Shown in pieces: positions 50,789 to 60,176 of a stretch of 64,000 bases of DNA. This DNA is from a virus. Location: positions 1 through 64,000 of the IMG/VR virus record IMGVR_UViG_3300035670_011119; one strand, 5' to 3'. The position numbers were made by a program, and so were the translations under genes. The notes beneath the pieces are model-generated. The model saw nothing but the letters and a program-made list of their open reading frames with translations, was not told where the DNA came from and did no database searches. Position 1 is the first letter of the stretch. Each line of letters starts with the position of its first letter.

Positions 50789-51365
50789 TATGATACTCTA
50801 ATAAATAATTTTTCCAAGCACTCGGTATATCTACACCTATAGTAGATAGTTGCGCGCTCACTGGCAAGTATCTAAAATCATACTTTGGCTGATAAGGAAA
50901 AGATAATAGCTCCATATTAGCCTGCTCTGGTGTTTTATTTTTCTTCTTTCTGTTGCACAAAGTACAAGCCGTTATGATATTTGACCAACTTGTAGCTTTA
51001 TGCTTATCGTGTATAAATTTACTTTTTGGTATTACATGATCGTATGTTAATTGATTATATGGAAAACTTTCTCCACAATATTGACATGTATAATTATCTC
51101 TAATAAAAAGATTTTTTCTAGAAAATTTTAAAGACCTATCGTATAGATTAAAATATTTTACAGTTTTAGCTACAGATGGAACAGGATAGGTTTTATTAGT
51201 TCCTTGTATATATTTATCACTATAATAGTCTATAATTTGGATAGCGTAATTGTGATTCTCATTATATCTTAATGACCATACAATTGCCTTTTGCCAACTG
51301 ATAATTTTTAATGGGCAATAGTTGGCATTTAGTAATAAACATTTACTATTTTCTGCCTTGTTCAT
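50781..51365 (-). CDS. HNH endonuclease
   Basis: LLLNANY.PL..ISWQKA, NLFIRDNYTCQYCG, LTYDHVIPKS, W.NI.TAC..CN.KK.NKTP. Confidence 0.9.
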   Translation of the reverse strand: MNKAENSKCLLLNANYCPLKIISWQKAIVWSLRYNENHNYAIQIIDYYSDKYIQGTNKTYPVPSVAKTVKYFNLYDRSLKFSRKNLFIRDNYTCQYCGESFPYNQLTYDHVIPKSKFIHDKHKATSWSNIITACTLCNRKKKNKTPEQANMELLSFPYQPKYDFRYLPVSAQLSTIGVDIPSAWKNYLLEYHNA

Positions 51366-52086
51366 AATTGTCTAATTTAGCTAAAATTTTTGCTATGATA
51401 GGATTACGAATAATGTCATGATCGGTTAGTGTTGAGATGCCAATTCCTTCTACATCAGATAAATTTTTAATCATCTCATAAAAACCGCCCTGTAAATGTC
51501 TAGCCAAGTCTGATTGGGAAACATCTCCAGTTAATACCATTCTACTGTTTTGACCAATTCTTGTCAACAACATTTTTAATTGTTCGTATGACGCATTTTG
51601 ACACTCGTCCGCTACAATAAAACAATCATGAAAATTTCGACCTCTCATAAATCCTAGTGGTACAATTTCAATTTTATTATTGAGCTTAAGAGTTGCATTT
51701 AATGCTGGACCGATAAAATAATTTATTTCATCTTCTATGGGCAATAGATAAGGAAATAACTTTTCTTCATATTTACCTGGAAGATATCCTATTTTTTCTC
51801 CAGCTTCAACAACAGGTCTGGTTATAATAATTTTTTTAATCTTTTCGTCTAATAAATATTCTAAGGCTAATCCAACAGCACAATGAGTTTTACCACTACC
51901 AGCGCTGCCTTGACAAAAGGTAATGGTGTTCTCAATTATAGAACGTATATATTCTTTTTGATTATCTGTTCTAGGTTTTAACCTATTGCGATAAACTATT
52001 CTATTTTCATTATTAAGGGTAACATTTGTAAGATCGATAAGTTTGTCTTTTTTGTTATTAACGTTAGCATTTTTTTTCTTTCTCAA
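51346..52086 (-). CDS. phoH: PhoH-family ATPase
   Basis: GSAGSGKT, ITRPVVEAGEKIGYLPG, FMRGRNF, ADECQN, LTRIG, GDVSQSDL, RNPII; TTG start. Confidence 0.93.
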   Translation of the reverse strand: MRKKKNANVNNKKDKLIDLTNVTLNNENRIVYRNRLKPRTDNQKEYIRSIIENTITFCQGSAGSGKTHCAVGLALEYLLDEKIKKIIITRPVVEAGEKIGYLPGKYEEKLFPYLLPIEDEINYFIGPALNATLKLNNKIEIVPLGFMRGRNFHDCFIVADECQNASYEQLKMLLTRIGQNSRMVLTGDVSQSDLARHLQGGFYEMIKNLSDVEGIGISTLTDHDIIRNPIIAKILAKLDNYEQGRK

Positions 52087-52143
52087 AGATGTACCCTTTA
52101 ATATGTAGGTAAATAATATATTCGTATATTAATATACACCATA

Positions 52144-52506
52144 CTATATAAATGATTTAAGATTGGGTGGCTGCCAATTTTGTGGTTTGAGCACTTTACC
52201 ATCTTCTCTTTTTTTTACTTTGCCTGTAGCGCTATCTACTTTAGCAAAATTAGTCTTCATTACTTCATCCCATGCTCCTTGAGCATTTGCCCCCATACTA
52301 TTAATAGCCCCTGCCGTAACAACTATAATGTCTATTAAAGCATCTAATATTTCAACGCGATCATTAGCATCAAAAGCTTCTTGTAGTTCTGACACCTCTT
52401 CCTTAATCAAGGTATGATACATATTTAATTGAGGTATGTTCCATTCGCATACACTCTGATCGCAAGCTATCATAAATTTTGTTTGATCTTCGAATACATT
52501 TCCCAT
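52144..52506 (-). CDS. All-alpha NTP pyrophosphohydrolase (MazG-like / PRA-PH family)
   Basis: LIKEEVSEL, EILDALIDIIVV..G, WDEVM.TNFAK, KREDGKVLKP..W.PP; likely start ATG 52506 after GAGGA. Confidence 0.85.
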   Translation of the reverse strand: MGNVFEDQTKFMIACDQSVCEWNIPQLNMYHTLIKEEVSELQEAFDANDRVEILDALIDIIVVTAGAINSMGANAQGAWDEVMKTNFAKVDSATGKVKKREDGKVLKPQNWQPPNLKSFI

Positions 52507-52522
52507 TTCTAATCCTCTTGTA

Positions 52523-54175
52523 TTAAGACTCACAACTAGAACATGATAAAATATTACGAGCTAATTCTTGTGCAGGATTAGCACTTCTTTGATAATAAAA
52601 GGTTTTGACTCCTAATTGCCATCCTTCTATAAGAAGGTCGCTAACTTGCTTAGGAGGAATATCTGGACCTATCATTATATTTAATGACTGAGATTGATCA
52701 ATATATTTTTGTCTTTGAGACGCTTGTATAATTATTTCTTTTTGACTAATCTCACCAAATGTTTTAAATACCTCTTTTTCATTATCGGTTAAAAACTTTA
52801 AGTGTTGCACGGAGCCGCCTTTTACTAATATGCTTTTCCAAGTAGATTCATCATTTTTTTCATACTTTTTAAGTATATCTTTTAGATAAGGATTTTTGTA
52901 TGTAAATTTACCTTTTGCTAAATTCTTAACAAAGTAATTACTATTTAATGGTTCTATACTAGGACTAACTTGTCCCAATATAAAACTACTACTTGTTGTT
53001 GGTGCTATAGCAAGAGTTGTCACATTTCTACGACCATATCCTTCTAATATTGGTGCTTCACCAAATTTATCTGCTAATTCTTTAGTTGCCTTATCAGATC
53101 TGTCTCTTATAGTTTGCCACATATTACTATTAATAAGCTTAGCCTGCATACTTTCAAAGCTTACCATTTTACTTTGTAAATAAGAGTGCCATCCTAATAC
53201 GCCCATACCTAATGCTCTTTGATTTAAAGCAAAATTTCTGGCACTTTTCATAAATCTAGTATTTTGTGTTTTATTAACAAATTCTTCGTTAACACTATCT
53301 AAAAAGTATATTAATGTTTCAATAGCATCTGTTTTTACAATATCATCCCAATGCAAAAGATTCAAAGAACTTAATACGCATACAAAACTATTATTCTCAT
53401 CCGAACTCAATGCTATTTCACTGCATAAATTACTAGAGTTGATTTTTAGTTGTTTATCTTTATAGACCTGTGGAGCATTGTTATTAACAGTATCGCTAAA
53501 GAAAATATAAGGATAGCCACTTTCGAATCTTTTTTGTATTATCTTTGCCCAAATTTTTCTTTTATTTTTATCGCCATTAATCATACTATTCATCCAGTCG
53601 TCAGTAATGGTAACACCAATACTCATATTTTGAATAGGATGTCCTTCATTTCGTATTTGTAAAAATTCTTCTATATCAGGATGTTCAACAGGTAAATAAG
53701 CAGCAAAAGATCCTCTACGAGCAGATCCTTGACTAATAACATCAGCTACTTTATCAAATAGTTCCATAAAATGAACAGGACCACTACTTTCTCCACCAAC
53801 ACTTATAGATGATCCTCTGCTTCTTAAATCTCCAAAATAACCACTTGTTCCTCCGCCCAATTTACTCATCATTCCAACTTCCGCCACTTTGTATAAAATA
53901 CTATCCATTCTATCGCTAATATGACTATTAAAACAACTTACTGGTAATCCTCGTGAGTTACCATAGTTTGTCCAAACTGGGGTGGATAACGAATAAAATC
54001 CTAGACTCATATAGTGTTCAAATTTTTCTGCAAAGCCGGGAATATTTAATAGTTTCTCGGCGTGTTGAGAAATATCTCTAATTCTATCTTCTGGACTTTG
54101 GTCTTTTTGTAAATAGCCTCTTTCCAGAAAAATACGACTATGAGAATTAAGCCAATAGTAAGACTTGTTGTTCAT
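52523..54175 (-). CDS. nrdA: Class I ribonucleotide reductase large subunit, compact form without an ATP cone
   Basis: GLPVSC, GGGTS, QGSARRG, SNLCSEI, VCVLSSLNL, IAPTTSSS, IDQSQSLN, KTFYY, C-terminal CSSCES. Confidence 0.93.
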   Translation of the reverse strand: MNNKSYYWLNSHSRIFLERGYLQKDQSPEDRIRDISQHAEKLLNIPGFAEKFEHYMSLGFYSLSTPVWTNYGNSRGLPVSCFNSHISDRMDSILYKVAEVGMMSKLGGGTSGYFGDLRSRGSSISVGGESSGPVHFMELFDKVADVISQGSARRGSFAAYLPVEHPDIEEFLQIRNEGHPIQNMSIGVTITDDWMNSMINGDKNKRKIWAKIIQKRFESGYPYIFFSDTVNNNAPQVYKDKQLKINSSNLCSEIALSSDENNSFVCVLSSLNLLHWDDIVKTDAIETLIYFLDSVNEEFVNKTQNTRFMKSARNFALNQRALGMGVLGWHSYLQSKMVSFESMQAKLINSNMWQTIRDRSDKATKELADKFGEAPILEGYGRRNVTTLAIAPTTSSSFILGQVSPSIEPLNSNYFVKNLAKGKFTYKNPYLKDILKKYEKNDESTWKSILVKGGSVQHLKFLTDNEKEVFKTFGEISQKEIIIQASQRQKYIDQSQSLNIMIGPDIPPKQVSDLLIEGWQLGVKTFYYQRSANPAQELARNILSCSSCES

Positions 54176-54204
54176 TTAAAATCCTGTTGTAGAGCTTGAT
54201 AAAA

Positions 54205-55176
54205 TTAAAATAGCGCTTCTATGTCGAACGATAGAGCCTTTTTGGAGTACTCAACAGGACGAGAATGAAAGAAGTCGGTCATATTATTGCCCAATATCTG
54301 TTCGTCGAACCATGAGGTTTTCTTCAATAGTTCGTTATCTATATCAAATATTGGATCGTAACCAATTTCTTGCAAGGATTCGTTTAGCCTATTTTTAATA
54401 AACTCTTTTAAGATCTGTGAATCTAGATTGGCCTCTTTATATCCGTTAACTATCCAGTCTATAATTTCGCATTCGTATTTCACAGCTTCTTGGGACTCAT
54501 ATATAATTTTTTCTTCTAGTTCTTTATCGAATAGTTCAGGATATTCCTGTTTAATAGTATTGATTATTTTGATACCAATCATAGCGTGAAGATTTTCTTC
54601 TCTGCTAGTATATTCTACTTGCTTGTTGGTGTCTTTGAGAAGATTAAGGAATCTACCAAAATAACTGATGGTATAAAACTGAGAAAATAAAGCTATATTC
54701 TCAACAAATAATGTAAATAAAATTAAAGAATATATAAATTGTTTTTTATTATCGTTATGAAATTTATGTAGATGTTTGCGTAGATAATTGACTCGTCCCT
54801 TTATAATATCTAGTTCTAATATTTTTTCGAAATTATCATCTATACCAAGAACCTCTAAGAGTCTTTCATAAGCATCTCCATGAATAACTTCAACATGAGC
54901 CATTGTATAACCCAAATCGTTAAGCGATGGATGTGGAAGATTATCTCCTAGTTTAGCCCAAAATTTCTTAACACTAATTTCTAATTGACCAATTGTGGAT
55001 AATGCTCTAATAATAATTTGTTTTTGTTGTTCTGTTAAATTTACTCTAAAATCTTGAACATCACTACTAAAAGTAAATTCTCTATGAGTCCAAAAACCAT
55101 TATGCATAGCTTCTATAAAATCTTGTGTCCATGAATAGTGGTCAGGTTTTCTAGAAATTTGTTCATCAAAAATCAT
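54205..55176 (-). CDS. nrdB: Class I ribonucleotide reductase small subunit
   Basis: FW...E, QLE, EVIHGDAY (radical Tyr), VENIALFSQF, REENLH, DFF..RPVEY; GGAG RBS. Confidence 0.93.
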   Translation of the reverse strand: MIFDEQISRKPDHYSWTQDFIEAMHNGFWTHREFTFSSDVQDFRVNLTEQQKQIIIRALSTIGQLEISVKKFWAKLGDNLPHPSLNDLGYTMAHVEVIHGDAYERLLEVLGIDDNFEKILELDIIKGRVNYLRKHLHKFHNDNKKQFIYSLILFTLFVENIALFSQFYTISYFGRFLNLLKDTNKQVEYTSREENLHAMIGIKIINTIKQEYPELFDKELEEKIIYESQEAVKYECEIIDWIVNGYKEANLDSQILKEFIKNRLNESLQEIGYDPIFDIDNELLKKTSWFDEQILGNNMTDFFHSRPVEYSKKALSFDIEALF

Positions 55177-55187
55177 AATAGACTCCG

Positions 55188-55325
55188 TTATTTTTTGTTT
55201 AAGATAGCAAGTAGGCCCAATATTATAACACAGACAAGTTCATTACCTATAGGATTAAAGGTTGGTCTAAAAAAATAGTTTAAATAGTAATTACCTATCA
55301 TTATATAAAAAAGGATACTTGTCAT
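55188..55325 (-). CDS. 45-aa hydrophobic microprotein absent from the ORF track
   Basis: MTSILFYIMIGNYYLNYFFRPTFNPIGNELVCVIILGLLAILNKK*. Its ATG overlaps the dCMP deaminase TGA (ATGA), and its stop lies just before the nrdB RBS, filling the gap. Confidence 0.6.
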   Translation of the reverse strand: MTSILFYIMIGNYYLNYFFRPTFNPIGNELVCVIILGLLAILNKK

Positions 55326-55792
55326 AGTACACCAATACTATGTCTCAGCCACTCAAGATTTGGATCAACATAAACTATATTGATCTTACTCATTGATACG
55401 AAAGTATCAAATATTTTTTGAGCTTTTTCATCAAACAAAACAGTACCGTGACTTTGTTTCATATATACCGTACCTATTCCTTCTTGCCACAATGCCATAA
55501 TACAATCGTTGCAGCATTGTCCAGTAACATATGCTATGCCATCATCTGGCCTAACAACACAATTAGCCAAAGCATTTCGTTCGGCATGAATCATCCAAGG
55601 ATATTTTTCTGGTCTTGTGGTTGGTAATTTTGTATCATCTAGTCCACGAGCAAAATCATTATAACCAACACCCAAAACTCTATGTTTTTGGTCTGTAATT
55701 ATACATCCATGTTGGGTTTGCTCGTCATGACTTTTTTTGGCCACGATATGAGCCAAACCAATATAGTAAGAAGTCCAGTCTTTTGGTCTCAT
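55322..55792 (-). CDS. dCMP deaminase
   Basis: KS.D..TQHGCII, GYN, HAERNAL, CCNDC zinc ligands. Confidence 0.9.
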   Translation of the reverse strand: MRPKDWTSYYIGLAHIVAKKSHDEQTQHGCIITDQKHRVLGVGYNDFARGLDDTKLPTTRPEKYPWMIHAERNALANCVVRPDDGIAYVTGQCCNDCIMALWQEGIGTVYMKQSHGTVLFDEKAQKIFDTFVSMSKINIVYVDPNLEWLRHSIGVL

Positions 55793-55797
55793 GATCT

Positions 55798-55825
55798 ATG
55801 ATATGAACTTTTGATCTCTTGTCAA
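55798..55825 (-). promoter_or_regulatory. Sigma70-type promoter, probably giving a leaderless dCMP deaminase mRNA
   Basis: TTGACA (55825-55820) - 16 nt - TATCAT (55803-55798); the ATG starts 5 nt later and has no SD. Confidence 0.6.
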
Positions 55826-57139
55826 CTACTCAAAAACAAATGCTTTGGAATTCAAAAGAAGATCATTGTTTTTTATTTTGGTGTATTGCTGTGCTAAGTT
55901 AGTTTTATTTTTGATTTCTATTTGAAACACATCGACATTATACAGCCCTGGGTTGTGTTTGTCAATCCAGTCATATATATTTTGTATAAATGCTGCTCTT
56001 TCTTTACCAAATCCATAAGCTAAATCCGAATATTTGGTTGTAATAATTATATCATGCTGTGAAATTTTATCTGATAGGTATTCAATATGATTGTCTAGTT
56101 CTGTCATATTAAATAGATGACGCACAGACTTCCAATGTTCGTCGCTATAATTCCATCGCAAATTAGCATAATATTCTGTATCAAATACTACTCTGCGCTT
56201 TAGCTCGTTTGCAATAAGAGAGTTATTTAAATACAAAACCTTACAATAGGTTTCCAAAAATTGCAACAATCCAAAGTCTACAAATTGATCAATATCAATA
56301 TATATGCCAAGATCAAATATTGGTTTGGCCTTATGGCCAAAAAATCCCCATTTTCTAATAAATTTTTTAAGTTCTTGATGATCAGCGATTTGTTGTAGAA
56401 GATTTTTTTGCTCTACTGTTCTATCGGATTCTGGTTTGAACCAGTTTTTGCCACGAGAAGAAACACAAGTAAAATGATAAACACTAGCATCCCATGTTTG
56501 TACCATATTTAAGCCAGCAAGACCCATTCTAATTATCATATCAGAATCTTCTCTAGAACATCTGAAATGAGTATCAAATCCACCAAGTTTCTCAAACCAT
56601 GTTTCTTTGTATACTACGAATGGTGCAAAATGTCCTTCCATGTTTGGTTTATTTTCTTTTTGTAATTCTAAAGTAAATTCTTGAAACTTTTCGTATTGAA
56701 AACTTTCTGGTGTCACACCAAAATCTTTTATGATTTTTTCTGGCGAAGCAGGGTGAAGTGGCGGTTCTATCCGAGAACAAGTTAAAACCATATCTTTATT
56801 AATCATATTTTTCAATATATGTTTATCAAAATTTTTACCTACTACCATATCAGATTGTAAATAACATACAATATGTTTTGTGGCAGCATCGAACATTAAG
56901 GAAACATTGCGTTGACTACCAATAGGCATAGACGTATTGTTTCTATATATTTTTATATTTGATAACGATTGTTTAATTTCTAATAAGTCTTCATATGTAT
57001 TTTGATTATCGCTATCAATAAATACTAATATTTCATGATTTTCAATTTTTGTGTTTTCTATTAGAGAACGAATCAATAATTTAGTATATTCTTTTTCATT
57101 TTTAGCAGATGCTATACAGAAACTGATACTATTGTCCAT
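55826..57139 (-). CDS. Glycosyltransferase family 2
   Basis: ISFCI, EILVFID, YLQSDMVV, LGGFD..F..SREDSD...R, VYHF. Confidence 0.85.
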   Translation of the reverse strand: MDNSISFCIASAKNEKEYTKLLIRSLIENTKIENHEILVFIDSDNQNTYEDLLEIKQSLSNIKIYRNNTSMPIGSQRNVSLMFDAATKHIVCYLQSDMVVGKNFDKHILKNMINKDMVLTCSRIEPPLHPASPEKIIKDFGVTPESFQYEKFQEFTLELQKENKPNMEGHFAPFVVYKETWFEKLGGFDTHFRCSREDSDMIIRMGLAGLNMVQTWDASVYHFTCVSSRGKNWFKPESDRTVEQKNLLQQIADHQELKKFIRKWGFFGHKAKPIFDLGIYIDIDQFVDFGLLQFLETYCKVLYLNNSLIANELKRRVVFDTEYYANLRWNYSDEHWKSVRHLFNMTELDNHIEYLSDKISQHDIIITTKYSDLAYGFGKERAAFIQNIYDWIDKHNPGLYNVDVFQIEIKNKTNLAQQYTKIKNNDLLLNSKAFVFE

Positions 57140-58001
57140 TTTTAGATTCCTTTTGATTTTTATGCTCTTTATAAATTAATTTAATAGCGTTTTCTAAACC
57201 TATATATTTTATGTGTGTTTCAACGTATTGGCCTGTATAGTCCTTGTTAGATAAGCCGATATTATTGGTGTTGTTCTCATAAATAATTTCTACTTTATGA
57301 TCATCTAAATTATTAATTATATTAGCTATTTCAGACAAATATACTTTATCTTTATAACAACAATCAAATCTTTTTGGTATATTCTGTGTTTGTATAAAAA
57401 AGTGTATAACTTGAGCCAAGTCTCCTACATAGAAAAAGTCCATTTTACGATCAGAATGAATGACCATATTTTCATAATTTAAATATTTAGTAATATTATT
57501 TCTTATCATTCTATCTGGTTGTTCATCATAACCAAAACAATTATAAATTCTAAAATTACACAATTTTGGTTCATCAGCAGTTATTTTATCTATTACGTTT
57601 TTACACAAACCATAAGGATCAATTGGATACCTATTAATAGATTTAGAGTTAATATTATATCTTCTGTCTAGTTCTGCTCCGGAACCGAAAGATATGATGC
57701 ACTGAAAATAATCTTGATAACTTAAAAGATTATATAGCATTAATAAATTATTATATACTATAATTGGATCATCTGGTTTATTTCTTCGTCCACCCTCAAT
57801 AGCGGTATGTATTAAGAGATCGAATGATTTGTTGTGTTTTTGAAAAAATGTTTTAACTTGTTCACTATCTAATAAATTAGCATCTTGTCTAGTTAATGTT
57901 GTTATATGATATAAGTATTGATTATCTTTTTTCATATTACCCAAATAAGTTTTTAGATTACGACCCAAAAATCCATTTGATCCAGTAATTAATATATTCA
58001 T
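57129..58001 (-). CDS. NAD-dependent epimerase/dehydratase
   Basis: Likely start 58001 (MNILITGSNGFLG) after AGAGG; GSGAE, YGLCK, R.MDFFYV.D. Confidence 0.85.
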   Translation of the reverse strand: MNILITGSNGFLGRNLKTYLGNMKKDNQYLYHITTLTRQDANLLDSEQVKTFFQKHNKSFDLLIHTAIEGGRRNKPDDPIIVYNNLLMLYNLLSYQDYFQCIISFGSGAELDRRYNINSKSINRYPIDPYGLCKNVIDKITADEPKLCNFRIYNCFGYDEQPDRMIRNNITKYLNYENMVIHSDRKMDFFYVGDLAQVIHFFIQTQNIPKRFDCCYKDKVYLSEIANIINNLDDHKVEIIYENNTNNIGLSNKDYTGQYVETHIKYIGLENAIKLIYKEHKNQKESKNGQ

Positions 58002-58153
58002 ATTATAGCCTCTTCTATCATAGAACATATATTATTCATAGAAAAATCATTAGACCATAGCATTTTTGCAGTTTTTTCATGATATCCCCAAACTTTACTT
58101 TCTATATTTTGTGGGTCACTCAAAGCTTCGAAAGCAATGTTTGGATTTGTGGT
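57998..58153 (-). pseudogene. Orphan 3' gene fragment (51 open codons)
   Basis: Frame TTNPNIAFEALSDPQNIESKVWGYHEKTAKMLWSNDFSMNNICSMIEEAII* fills the gap. Its TGA overlaps the epimerase ATG, but it has no convincing start. Confidence 0.35.
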
Positions 58154-58164
58154 TTAATTCCATA

Positions 58165-59172
58165 TTATTTTGCAGCATGATTATTTTCTCTATTTGCATG
58201 TTTTTTTATTCTTTTTGCTATACCAATAAATGTTTCGTCTATAGATTCAGACATGTGTGATATATTAGCATTTTTATATTTGTGTTGCATGTATTTAATA
58301 ATTATAGGAATCTTTCGTGGAATTCCACCAGTGAGCACAATCGTTTTATCATATGGAGTAAACAAAAATTCATCATATTGATCAATATAACATCTAATAA
58401 TAGAAGCTGTAAAATTTTTGACATTAAAAGAATTTTCATATATATTATTAATATTTCCACCACTAATTGTAAACTTATGTGCCTGATGAAATATATTTAA
58501 GTTTATATTAATATTGCTATCTAGTATATCTTGTAGAGATATTTGTTTTGTTAGTTTAAATAAGTCGGAACCAAGTTCAAGAAAAAAGTTTTGAAAAACA
58601 TTTAGTGCTCTGCCACTAGGTATATAGCTGTATCTATTATATTCTCTTCCATTTTGTATTTGTATAACTTGTGATCCTGTACCAAGATTAACAATTGATC
58701 CATAGTCTGGTATCATAGACCTAGCCGCTTCTATAACACAATTTGTGTCACCAAAAGAACTATAAACTGGTTTATTATTTATAAATCCAAGAACTGAACA
58801 ATCTTCTATAAATTTATATTTTGATGATGTTCTATAATGATCAGAATGCATATGAAAAGTTGGTAAACCATAAAACAAACCGCTAATCATACAACAATCT
58901 TTAATGTTTTTATCATATATTTTATTGCTTTGCCAAGAATGATAATAGTCATTTATATAATATCCGCCCAGAATTGAACAAATATAAATATTATCAATTT
59001 TATTATCATATATAGATACAATACTAGTAAGAATATTGATTAGATCTTTTTTATGTATAGATTTAGAACACAAAAATGGAGATTCTCTTATGGAATAATC
59101 AAAAAAATTTATACCATCATACAAAACACTTTTTATATTTGATGCACCGAAATCAATTAGTAAAGATTTCAT
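58165..59172 (-). CDS. FGGY/actin-fold carbohydrate kinase (sedoheptulokinase-like)
   Basis: LLIDFGASNIK, SFGDTNC, IVNLGTGSQV, PSGRALNV, IVLTGG. Confidence 0.6.
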   Translation of the reverse strand: MKSLLIDFGASNIKSVLYDGINFFDYSIRESPFLCSKSIHKKDLINILTSIVSIYDNKIDNIYICSILGGYYINDYYHSWQSNKIYDKNIKDCCMISGLFYGLPTFHMHSDHYRTSSKYKFIEDCSVLGFINNKPVYSSFGDTNCVIEAARSMIPDYGSIVNLGTGSQVIQIQNGREYNRYSYIPSGRALNVFQNFFLELGSDLFKLTKQISLQDILDSNININLNIFHQAHKFTISGGNINNIYENSFNVKNFTASIIRCYIDQYDEFLFTPYDKTIVLTGGIPRKIPIIIKYMQHKYKNANISHMSESIDETFIGIAKRIKKHANRENNHAAK

Positions 59173-60175
59173 TTAATTTATATGCTAGTTGTTGATCGAG
59201 TGTTGAATCAATAAAATTTGTTATGCCTATTTCTGAAGGCACAACCAATGTAATTTTATTTAGTTTAGTTTTTTTATCTTGCTTAAGCAGCTCAATTATA
59301 GTAGAGGTTTTTAGATTTTTAATTTTATCTAAAGAGGTATATTCTGATATGATTTTACTAATATTATTATTGTTAGTGAACAGCCTATTTATTATCTCAA
59401 TACCTAATAAAACAGCCTCTCCATGAGGTATTGTATAATTTGTTGCGGCTTCTATTGCGTGACCAAATGAATGTCCATAGTTTAGTGCTTTGCGTATATT
59501 TATTTCGAATTCATCATATTCTATAATAGATTTCTTGATAGCTAACCCATGAAAAATTCTTTCTTGCATAGAATATTGATTTATTTTTTCTATGTATGAT
59601 ATACCACCTAAAATAAAAAATTTAATAATTTCTCCCATTCCATTAATAATATCTTGAGAATTAAGAGTTTTTAAAAACTTAGGATCAATTATAACTAAAG
59701 ATGGTGCAGAAAAAAGCGCTAGTTGATTTTTGATACTATGAAAATTTAATGCTGTTTTACCTCCAATACAACTATCGCATTGAGACAATAGCGTTGTTGG
59801 AATATAAACCCAATTGATTCCTCTTTTGTAGATCGAGCCAACAAAAGCGCCTATGTCTTGTGTAATTCCTCCACCAATAACAAATAATCTATGTCCTTTA
59901 TTAAACCCTTTATCACAAAGCCATTGACAAACCTTCAAAACCGTCTCTATGTTTTTATTTGATTCTATAGGATTTATAATAAATGTATTCTTATGATTTA
60001 TATCATACAGTTTTTGTACATTATTATCTATTAATAGAAAATCATTTGTATCAAAACTATTATTAAAAGAATCAAATATAACACTATAATTTTTTGGATG
60101 TGAAATAATTTCTAAATTATTTGTAAAATTATGTAAGGGCTGCAAAGATACATTATCAATAATAAATTTATTCAT
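59153..60175 (-). CDS. 3-dehydroquinate synthase-family sugar-phosphate cyclase
   Basis: IGGGITQDI, IPTTLLSQCDSCIGGKT.LN, KNQL, E..K, LNYGHSFGHAIE, HGEAV. Confidence 0.88.
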   Translation of the reverse strand: MNKFIIDNVSLQPLHNFTNNLEIISHPKNYSVIFDSFNNSFDTNDFLLIDNNVQKLYDINHKNTFIINPIESNKNIETVLKVCQWLCDKGFNKGHRLFVIGGGITQDIGAFVGSIYKRGINWVYIPTTLLSQCDSCIGGKTALNFHSIKNQLALFSAPSLVIIDPKFLKTLNSQDIINGMGEIIKFFILGGISYIEKINQYSMQERIFHGLAIKKSIIEYDEFEINIRKALNYGHSFGHAIEAATNYTIPHGEAVLLGIEIINRLFTNNNNISKIISEYTSLDKIKNLKTSTIIELLKQDKKTKLNKITLVVPSEIGITNFIDSTLDQQLAYKLNEIFTN

Positions 60176-60176
60176 T

